Virus record (IMG/VR): IMGVR_UViG_3300020138_000013
Coordinates: 1 to 39,344 of that record
Source: a virus
Taxonomy: Duplodnaviria > Caudoviricetes
Direction: 5' to 3' (one strand)
Length of the DNA: 39,344 nt
Shown: positions 7,826-14,901 of the stretch, in pieces
How the letters are laid out: every line of letters begins with the position of its first letter
Position numbering within the stretch: position 1 is the stretch's first letter
Position numbers and translations under genes: made by a program
Notes under the pieces: model-generated
What the model was told of the DNA's origin: nothing
Seen by the model: only the letters and a program-made list of their open reading frames with translations
Databases searched by the model: none

Positions 7826-9452
7826 TTTCTTCCACCAAAATTACATCCCACGTATTATCGTCTAAACGAAAAATGTCACATGCCCCTAGTGCCCCCCAAG
7901 GTCTGTTTTTGAGTACAGTAAGTCTCACCTCCCCGCGAGAACGATCAGGATATACCTTTGGTTCTAGTCCAAGGACAATCCAAGACAATTGCTCAAGTGC
8001 AGAGGAAGATCGCATCATCTCTTTTGTAACCTGTACCCAATAGGGCTTTGGTTCTTCCCCCTCCTTTGTCTTTGGGGGTTTAAACTGTTCTGCTGCTGTA
8101 CGATTAATATGACTAACTGCTAGGATACCCACATCATGAGAGGCGCAATATGCTGCAAGGGTAGTCATTGCATAATCCACTTCTCTACGCTCATCCACCA
8201 CTCGTAACCCGCTTGTAAGTAGACTGAGGTGATCCAGCACAATATAATCACACCCCTCAACTTGGTGCATGTACCTGATCTTACCCATAAGTTCATCTAC
8301 AGGAAGTGATCCAAAATGTTCCATCATTACCAAAGAGTCACTTTCAATGATCTCATTGTATGCCTCTTCAATTTCTTCTCTTGTGGCGTATTTCAGTGGA
8401 TTATCTCTAAATTTGAGATAATTGATCCCTAATGAGTGTGCCAGCATGCGCTGGAATGTTTCATGCTTTGTCTCTTCCAAAAACATAAGCCCAACTTTCT
8501 TTCCTGCCTCCCGTAAACGAGACGCAAAAAGCGAAGTAATCGTGCTCTTTCCGCAACCCGAAGGTGAGGCGAGGACAACCAATTCCCCCGTCCTAAATCC
8601 ATGAATTTTGTTCATTAATTCAGGGAAATCCTCTACATAAACCCCCTCTTTCTTCGGCTGTAAAAGTTCTTCTAAGGAGATGTCAGAAGATTTTATAATC
8701 TTCTCAGGGGAATACTCCTTCTTATCAAACAATAGCCGTCCAAGAGCATCCCCTTGATCTGCCTGTAGCATGTCAGAAGCATCCTTGTGAGGGAGGGGAA
8801 CCACCAACTCAAACAATTTCACCTTCGTACCAACAAGAGCTGATAGAACAGCCTCTTTAGCCTCCTCCCCTTTCAGAATCCCCTTGCTCTTTTCCTTTGG
8901 CGTAGCATGATCGTTATCAAAGAAACAAACAAATTCACCAAATTGCTCCACAAAACTAAAATTCTGTAGAATAGATTCAGAGGCATTTGCTGTTCCAAGA
9001 GGAATGCTGACAACATGAGGCTCTAATCCCTCATACTTCGTCCCCACAAGACGATCTTTGCTTGCCTGGAACACAGACAGACAATCCCATTGCCCCTCTG
9101 TACAAATGAGGGATTTCTTGGAACGATCTAGCCCTTCTGCCACATCTTGCCCAAACAGCTTGTTGCTGATGGATACACTCCCAATAGCCGTCCAGTGTCC
9201 TGTCTCTGCCTTATCTTTTGTGACATCCTGTTTCATAAAGCCAACAAGTTTCCCCTTCTTGTTGTAAGAGGGGAAGTAGTAGGCAATGGGGGTGATGCCA
9301 TCAGAGGTGCTGACGGCACATCTCACCCCATACCGTTCACAAGTTTCCTGTCGGATATTACGTTCTTCACATGCACGGAAGGGATACTTCAATACATCTG
9401 CTACACGCTCTTTTGCTTCTACTGCCACTTTTTCTCCTTTCCAATAGCCCAT
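7815..9452 (-). CDS. T7 gp4-like primase-helicase (TOPRIM + DnaB-like SF4 helicase)
   Basis: YFP, LFGQ, TEGQWD, FFDND, KDASD, Walker A SPSGCGKS, IVLDHLS, LKNR; an alternative GTG start at 9428 has the better RBS (AAAGGAG). Confidence 0.93.
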   Translation of the reverse strand: MGYWKGEKVAVEAKERVADVLKYPFRACEERNIRQETCERYGVRCAVSTSDGITPIAYYFPSYNKKGKLVGFMKQDVTKDKAETGHWTAIGSVSISNKLFGQDVAEGLDRSKKSLICTEGQWDCLSVFQASKDRLVGTKYEGLEPHVVSIPLGTANASESILQNFSFVEQFGEFVCFFDNDHATPKEKSKGILKGEEAKEAVLSALVGTKVKLFELVVPLPHKDASDMLQADQGDALGRLLFDKKEYSPEKIIKSSDISLEELLQPKKEGVYVEDFPELMNKIHGFRTGELVVLASPSGCGKSTITSLFASRLREAGKKVGLMFLEETKHETFQRMLAHSLGINYLKFRDNPLKYATREEIEEAYNEIIESDSLVMMEHFGSLPVDELMGKIRYMHQVEGCDYIVLDHLSLLTSGLRVVDERREVDYAMTTLAAYCASHDVGILAVSHINRTAAEQFKPPKTKEGEEPKPYWVQVTKEMMRSSSALEQLSWIVLGLEPKVYPDRSRGEVRLTVLKNRPWGALGACDIFRLDDNTWDVILVEENEF

Positions 9453-9461
9453 TTATTTCTC

Positions 9462-9986
9462 TTACTCTTGTTCCTGTTGTGCATAAGCCATATCACGATT
9501 GTAGATCGGGAGAGGATATGGTTGTGGTGGGAAGGCATTGGGCCACTCAATAGGAATGATTCCCCCAACAGGGGAAACAGCCTTTTCCTTGATTGTTCCA
9601 TCTTTCACAACACGATAGCCCCCCACTACAGCCTCTACACAGATTGTCTTTTCTTCAGGATCAACAAACACACGAGCAATGCAACCCTCCGGAATGGGAG
9701 GCCCCTCTACCCCAAGAGACTCAAAAACATCACCAGAGCAAAAAGTGAGAGACTTAGGATTGGGAAACACATTAATGTGATATTTCTTCAACACCACTTG
9801 CTGTAGATCACGCCCACTATATGGAAGGTCTACAGCATGTACACCCTCCTTTGTCCATGTGGTGATGGCTAGTTCTCCCTCAACATACCCCACAACTGGA
9901 TACTCTTCATTAGGGCCATCTGTAGATAGGATTACAACGTCCTCTCCATTACCAGTTTCTACAGGCTTGCTGAAATCAATTGTCAT
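9462..9986 (-). CDS. Hypothetical protein
   Basis: 174-aa ORF, AGGAGG RBS, downstream of a promoter. Confidence 0.75.
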   Translation of the reverse strand: MTIDFSKPVETGNGEDVVILSTDGPNEEYPVVGYVEGELAITTWTKEGVHAVDLPYSGRDLQQVVLKKYHINVFPNPKSLTFCSGDVFESLGVEGPPIPEGCIARVFVDPEEKTICVEAVVGGYRVVKDGTIKEKAVSPVGGIIPIEWPNAFPPQPYPLPIYNRDMAYAQQEQE

Positions 9987-10016
9987 TCTTTCCTCCTAGA
10001 AATGTAAACATTCATA

Positions 10017-10046
10017 AGCCTAACACAGAGACATCCCTCCTGTCAA
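10017..10046 (-). promoter_or_regulatory. Probable sigma70-type promoter for the replication operon
   Basis: TTGACA-18nt-TAGGCT with TGn extended -10. Confidence 0.55.
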
Positions 10047-10067
10047 GCTAATTGTAATCCCCCTAGC

Positions 10068-10112
10068 ACAATCAGGAAGAGAGAATGTATCCCATCCTCC
10101 CTCCCTGATTGT
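10068..10112 (-). repeat. 20-bp hairpin (3 G.U pairs on the minus strand) beside an (AT)n tract at 10113-10127
   Basis: ACAATCAGGGAGGGAGGATG-GGATA-CATTCTCTCTTCCTGATTGT pairs without bulges. Confidence 0.8.
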
Positions 10113-10156
10113 AATATATATATATATCCTTTTCTTCGGCGTTTTTGACAAAAAGG

Positions 10157-10185
10157 ATTTTAGCAGATATTTTCCTGTTTGTCAA
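10157..10185 (-). promoter_or_regulatory. Sigma70-type promoter, overlapped by a weaker plus-strand promoter at 10145-10173
   Basis: Minus TTGACA-17nt-TAAAAT; plus TTGACA-17nt-TATTTT. Confidence 0.8.
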
Positions 10186-10219
10186 GCATTATTTTCCATT
10201 GTTGCACAAATACAACACA

Positions 10220-10579
10220 TCATGCTTGGAGAATCTTTTCTGTGAATCTGTACAGGTCATCAAACCCCACCTTAACACCGGCTTCAATCCCACACTCACG
10301 AGCAATGTTCAGAATGTGGTCTTTATTTGGCACCGTCCGGCTGGCTGGTGGGGCGGTGTAGACTGCCATCGAATGCGACCTCGTTGCCTCGCGGCTCCAC
10401 GTCAACGCCCTGTCGATATCGCCAGCAATCTTTCCGTCATCAGGGTCGATGATCTTCGGATTGATGAAGAATGCAGGCTCCCCGCGCTCCCGCCGGTCGG
10501 CTTCGATAGGCCAATGCTTGCGAACACACTCAGCAGAACGTTGGATGTCGGCGGGGCCAAGCAGATCATTGTCAGTCAT
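10220..10579 (-). CDS. Hypothetical early protein with GC-rich 5' portion and YTAPP linker
   Basis: AGGAG RBS, own promoter at 10612-10640. Confidence 0.7.
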   Translation of the reverse strand: MTDNDLLGPADIQRSAECVRKHWPIEADRRERGEPAFFINPKIIDPDDGKIAGDIDRALTWSREATRSHSMAVYTAPPASRTVPNKDHILNIARECGIEAGVKVGFDDLYRFTEKILQA

Positions 10580-10592
10580 TTAAATTCTCCTA

Positions 10593-10640
10593 TTGCATTT
10601 ACGACGAACACACTGTACACTGATGTTTTCAACGTGTCAA
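10593..10640. promoter_or_regulatory. Overlapping divergent sigma70-type promoters
   Basis: Minus TTGACA-17-TACAGT (10612-10640); plus TTGCAT-17-TACACT (10593-10621). Confidence 0.7.
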
Positions 10641-10652
10641 GGAGAACAACAC

Positions 10653-10895
10653 ATGAACATCTACGGGTATGATAAAAACAACAAGTGTATGCTTGTATCC
10701 ACAAGTGATGAAGATTGGTGGATTGCAGAATTCCTCTCCCAAGGGGCCGATGCTGTAGGGATGATGAAAAAAGAACTAGCCTCCCAGGGGCTTGTAGAGA
10801 AAGCAGCAAGGCTTCATCGCCTCCTGGCCTCTATTGACGGAGGAAAACAAACTAATTCTCCAAAAGAAAAAGCCCCCACACCAGCTAAGGCGTAG
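10653..10895 (+). CDS. Hypothetical 80-aa protein; the only well-supported plus-strand gene
   Basis: AAGGAG RBS before ATG 10653 (MNIYGYDKNNK...), upstream promoter and downstream terminator-like hairpins. Confidence 0.7.
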   Translation: MNIYGYDKNNKCMLVSTSDEDWWIAEFLSQGADAVGMMKKELASQGLVEKAARLHRLLASIDGGKQTNSPKEKAPTPAKA

Positions 10896-11000
10896 GGGCT
10901 TGGGAACGAAGAAAGGGAAATTTGCTAATAAGCAAATAGAGGGCTTCTAAGCCCTTCTTATCATTATCCTATACCTACCCATAGGGGAGGCTATTTCATG

Positions 11001-11047
11001 GCCTTGTAGGGGCTTTAAAACGCTTCTACGAGGCTTTATTCTTTCTT
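11001..11047 (+). terminator. Probable intrinsic terminator for the plus-strand gene
   Basis: GCCTTGTAGGGGC/GCTTCTACGAGGC 13-bp stem (G.U pairs only on plus strand) followed by TTTATTCTTTCTT. Confidence 0.55.
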
Positions 11048-11380
11048 GATTGGTCCTGTAAACTTCAGGATTAACTCCAAACGTGAAAGAATGTCACTTC
11101 TTGTCTGCTCCTGGCGAGAGAGCATTTCTACATTATTTCTATCAATATGCTGTCTGATGAGGGCCATCTCCTCTTTCAACTCTGATCTACTCACCTTATC
11201 TTGGAACAGGATAGCCACCTTTTCCTCAAGATGATTCACTTGTGTATCCATCTTGTTCCAGACAAATCCCCCGAGGGAGATGACAATCCCCACCACCCAC
11301 ACAGCAAACTTTTCAAGATATTTATTCAGACGCTGTGTAGCTGTCTGCTTTGTTGAATCACATTCCACCTTCTTCTCCAT
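11036..11380 (-). CDS. Probable holin (single TM segment, soluble C-terminal coiled coil)
   Basis: FAVWVVGIVISLGGFVW TM segment; last gene of lysis cassette. Confidence 0.55.
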   Translation of the reverse strand: MEKKVECDSTKQTATQRLNKYLEKFAVWVVGIVISLGGFVWNKMDTQVNHLEEKVAILFQDKVSRSELKEEMALIRQHIDRNNVEMLSRQEQTRSDILSRLELILKFTGPIKKE

Positions 11381-11651
11381 TCTTCAGTTGTTTTAACTTA
11401 TCATTATATTCTTTAATACCATCAATTGTAATCTTGTACTCACCAATGCAAGTTGTATTCTTTACATAGGCTCTAGCCAAGGAGGATTTTGTCTTCCCAG
11501 GGGCTACAGGATCACAGGGATAGTAGAATAGAGAATCAGGAATTGGGACTGGGGCAATCTTTTCCCCTGACACTGGCGCAAACGCTGTCCAACAACCGGA
11601 TAAGGGTAGGGTCAAGGCTATCAGCAGGATCATCTTTGGTAGTGTTGGCAT
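11358..11651 (-). CDS. Rz1: Outer-membrane spanin (lipoprotein)
   Basis: Lipobox LSGC, Pro-rich segment, overlaps 3' end of the i-spanin gene in another frame. Confidence 0.85.
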   Translation of the reverse strand: MPTLPKMILLIALTLPLSGCWTAFAPVSGEKIAPVPIPDSLFYYPCDPVAPGKTKSSLARAYVKNTTCIGEYKITIDGIKEYNDKLKQLKNGEEGGM

Positions 11652-11958
11652 TGTCTATCTCTTCTAGTCGTGCTAGTATCTCGTTTCTTTTTTCTAATAG
11701 TTCTAATTCAGAGGAACGCTGTTTCTGGATGATTTCATCCATCTGCTGATTCAAGGCTTCAAGATGCCCTGATCGTTGTCTCTCTTCTGCAAGATCACCA
11801 GATAGCTGCACAATCTGATTGAATTGCTGGATGCTCTCCTTTTCCAGGGATGATGTTTGATAATAGAGCCATGCACACACACCAACAAGAAGAATAATTA
11901 AGATTGTCTGTGCTTTACCAAAAACACCCTTTAAGATGTTTATAATAAATGTGCCCAT
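11536..11958 (-). CDS. Rz: Inner-membrane spanin
   Basis: N-terminal TM segment then coiled coil, C-terminal cysteines, directly after endolysin. Confidence 0.85.
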   Translation of the reverse strand: MGTFIINILKGVFGKAQTILIILLVGVCAWLYYQTSSLEKESIQQFNQIVQLSGDLAEERQRSGHLEALNQQMDEIIQKQRSSELELLEKRNEILARLEEIDNANTTKDDPADSLDPTLIRLLDSVCASVRGKDCPSPNS

Positions 11959-11960
11959 GT

Positions 11961-12572
11961 TTATTCCTTCTTATCCTCTGATGAGGATTCCTTTGTGTCT
12001 TTCACCATCTTTACGATATCGTTGAATGTCACTACAACATCTTGTGGCACTTCACCCAGACACCACTGTCTTTCTTCTGCTCTACGCTTGACTAGCCCCG
12101 GCAACACCCGTTTCTTGGCATATTTCCATGCTAACAGCCCGTCACAAGCAACTTCGTGTTGACCCTTGTTTAGTGCTTTTAGCAAAGAGGAGGAGGAGAA
12201 ATTCCCCTCCCCCACATTATAGACAAAAGAAATCAGGGCAGCCTTTTCATAGACAGAAGCATAGGGGACACGAACATATTTATCTACTACGCGTTCAAAA
12301 TGTCTCACCCTATCTACAAACATGATTGTACATTCTTGTTCTGTGTATGTATTCCCCTTTTTGAAGGGTTTCCCATACATATCTTTCCCTGTCAGCCCCC
12401 AACACGCAGTTGGGATGCCTACAGGATCAAGATAGACAACATATTCATTAGAAGAATTAAGGACAGCCCCTTCATTAGGGATAAGGAGATAGCCACCGGA
12501 AAGGGCAGCAGCAGCAGATAGCCCGTATGCTGCCATCCTCTTAGCAATGCTTGAGGAATTAATGATAGCCAT
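11961..12572 (-). CDS. SAR-type endolysin (GH24 phage lysozyme)
   Basis: Ala/Gly-rich N-terminal segment then EG...YLDPVGIPT catalytic residues, SFVYNVG, GLVKRRAEE. Confidence 0.92.
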   Translation of the reverse strand: MAIINSSSIAKRMAAYGLSAAAALSGGYLLIPNEGAVLNSSNEYVVYLDPVGIPTACWGLTGKDMYGKPFKKGNTYTEQECTIMFVDRVRHFERVVDKYVRVPYASVYEKAALISFVYNVGEGNFSSSSLLKALNKGQHEVACDGLLAWKYAKKRVLPGLVKRRAEERQWCLGEVPQDVVVTFNDIVKMVKDTKESSSEDKKE

Positions 12573-12584
12573 AAGATTCTCCTA

Positions 12585-13175
12585 TTAGCCGTAGGATTTA
12601 AATGGTGTGATTCTTCCCACAATCATACAGCGTTTATCTGGATCATTTCTGTGTAGCTTCCAGCCTAGATACACCTCAAGACAATGCTTCTTGTAAAAAT
12701 AATACTGCCATTCAAGCATCCAGCCAATCTGGCCTTGAGCATTTGTAGCCCACCAGAAAGAGAAATTAGGCTTGCCTGTGTCCCACAAAACATCTTCATC
12801 CCGTTCTGTATGGATAACCATTCCTCTCTGGTCATAACCCAAGCTGTGGGCTAGAGCGTATGCAGGATTACGACAAATCCAGCAGACGCGGCATAGCCAC
12901 TGGATGATGACTGAATTGTCATAGAGTTCTTGTGTTAGATAGGGGGCAATCTTGGATTTTTTATAATAGCCCCCTCTCCACCACTCATCAGCGGGGGCAT
13001 CATGTGTCCCCACCCATCTCCATTGCAACTGTGGCTTCCCTTGTGCATCTGTTTCCACAAACATAGCAGCGACAGGGGAAATAAGAACGGCCGCTGCTTT
13101 CCCCACCCAAAGGATGAGGATAAACACCAGCCACTTCAATACAGATGCTACACCACCAAAAAATGTTTTAATCAT
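12585..13175 (-). CDS. Trp-rich membrane-anchored hypothetical protein
   Basis: N-terminal hydrophobic helix; between fibre chaperone and lysin. Confidence 0.65.
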   Translation of the reverse strand: MIKTFFGGVASVLKWLVFILILWVGKAAAVLISPVAAMFVETDAQGKPQLQWRWVGTHDAPADEWWRGGYYKKSKIAPYLTQELYDNSVIIQWLCRVCWICRNPAYALAHSLGYDQRGMVIHTERDEDVLWDTGKPNFSFWWATNAQGQIGWMLEWQYYFYKKHCLEVYLGWKLHRNDPDKRCMIVGRITPFKSYG

Positions 13176-13182
13176 ATGCTTC

Positions 13183-13599
13183 CTACTTGGATTTTAGGCA
13201 CTCGGGGAGAGTGGGCCATTGAACACCAGACGGAAATCCTTTTTGTTGGGGGATATCAAGAAGTTGTTGACGATATTCCCCCACCTCGGCCTTTTCTTCT
13301 TCTGAAAAACTGTTCCAACGAAGTGGGTGGAGAACAATCGAATCTAGCTGCTCTAACAGAGCATCCCTACTTCTACGTACACTTTTCTTTTCTTGTCGGA
13401 TTCTATCTTGGTAATCAAGAGGGGCTACATCACCAAATTCCCCATTTCTTGCCATCTCATAGATTTCTCTTCCGTGGAGTTCAACATCCTCTGGACAAGC
13501 AAGAAAAGGAATCCATCCAAAAACAGGGTGATTGTAGTCCAGGGTGATTTGATTCACCCCGGTATACTTGGGATTCTTGCACTCATATTTCTTAGCCAT
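13183..13599 (-). CDS. Tail fibre assembly chaperone
   Basis: RRSRDALL...YRQQLLDIPQQKGFPSGVQWP motif; follows fibre gene. Confidence 0.85.
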   Translation of the reverse strand: MAKKYECKNPKYTGVNQITLDYNHPVFGWIPFLACPEDVELHGREIYEMARNGEFGDVAPLDYQDRIRQEKKSVRRSRDALLEQLDSIVLHPLRWNSFSEEEKAEVGEYRQQLLDIPQQKGFPSGVQWPTLPECLKSK

Positions 13600-14675
13600 T
13601 ATGAAATCCTCACAAAGAGAGAAACTGCCTGTGCATCATCACCATGGTTCCCCGCTGTAAGTCCCATGCAGCGCCAAGTGCCTGATGCTGTAGACCCGTA
13701 ATTCTTGCCTGCGGCGTTACAGTAGTTCAGACTAGAACCTGCTCTGGTGGCCCCCTGTGAGGTTGGACTCATTAAGGCATATGTTCCAACACCACCAATT
13801 CCCGTTGGAAGACGTGCCCCATTCAGTGTGCCAGAGGTGATTGTGGCAGCAGAGTGGTTTGATGGGGGGAACGTGGAGGGTTTCCCTGTAATTTGTCCCC
13901 AACTGTGCGTGTGTGAGGCAGCCGCGTAGTTGGATGGGTTGAAATTCCCCGCATGCCATACACGTGATGTGTTCACATAAATGTCTTGATTGGTTGTCAC
14001 CCTATCAGTTTGTAGGGTTAGTCTTGTTCCGTGAACATAGGAACTAAGGGCAATATCGTCGCTAGAAGCACTGCCCTTACCTACGTACCAGTTGTTTACT
14101 CCGTTCACCACTCCCCGGACAAAAGATGTAGATGCTGTGGGAGAGGATAAATCCAGGGTCATGGTTGTTGTAATGGAATTCAGTGTCGGGTTGCTTCCTG
14201 TAATATTCAACTTGTTGTTGAGAGCATTCTGTAGGCCATCCACCTGTGCAATTGTATGTGTGTGGACAGCAGGGGCAAATGCACTACTATCAATCTGTTG
14301 CCATTGCCCGTTTCTGCGGATGTATTGTAGGCCATTCACAGGGGCTTCTTCAATAGCCACTCTACGCCATCTACTAGAGATGTCGCTGACAGGATCAAAA
14401 TTAGTCCCTGTTACTAGACATTGGTAGATTGTCCCGTTACTCCCCTGAACAACAGATTTGTCTGCTTGATATTCTGTTTCATTATCCCACTCTGGGATAC
14501 CAATCTGATTGGAATATGCTGCCCACTGGTCTTGCTTCCAATCAATGAAATTAAAATACTGTCTTGGGGGGATTTCTGCAAGCCACCCCGTATTATACTT
14601 TGCTGTATCTGGGGCCACCTTATCTCCCCCAGAAGACCAGATAACATTAAGCATCTGTGGTTTTGAATAAAGCAT
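13599..14675 (-). CDS. Tail fibre protein
   Basis: N-terminal TGW..EIPPRQYFNF...GIPEWD baseplate anchor; HTH repeats; C-terminal GTWRCMG...LFVRIS. Confidence 0.9.
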   Translation of the reverse strand: MLYSKPQMLNVIWSSGGDKVAPDTAKYNTGWLAEIPPRQYFNFIDWKQDQWAAYSNQIGIPEWDNETEYQADKSVVQGSNGTIYQCLVTGTNFDPVSDISSRWRRVAIEEAPVNGLQYIRRNGQWQQIDSSAFAPAVHTHTIAQVDGLQNALNNKLNITGSNPTLNSITTTMTLDLSSPTASTSFVRGVVNGVNNWYVGKGSASSDDIALSSYVHGTRLTLQTDRVTTNQDIYVNTSRVWHAGNFNPSNYAAASHTHSWGQITGKPSTFPPSNHSAATITSGTLNGARLPTGIGGVGTYALMSPTSQGATRAGSSLNYCNAAGKNYGSTASGTWRCMGLTAGNHGDDAQAVSLFVRIS

Positions 14676-14874
14676 CTTCTTGATTTCCCTTTCTTGTTGT
14701 GTTATCCTTTCCTATCTGAAACAGCAATAGGAGGTATAGTTGTGAAACGTGTTCGTGATGTAGCCAACGCAATTCTTTATCGTTCCAACCTTATCCTAGA
14801 AAAAATAAGTGTAGGAGAAATAATCACGGAACTGTAAAGCCATTCATTTTCCTTTCTTTATTCTGTTCCCTGAA

Positions 14875-14901
14875 ATGGGAGAGGCTTTATGCCTCCCCCA
14901 T
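14875..14901 (-). terminator. Hairpin after the large fibre gene (possible terminator)
   Basis: TGGGGGAGGC-ATAAA-GCCTCTCCCA then a short T run. Confidence 0.5.
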
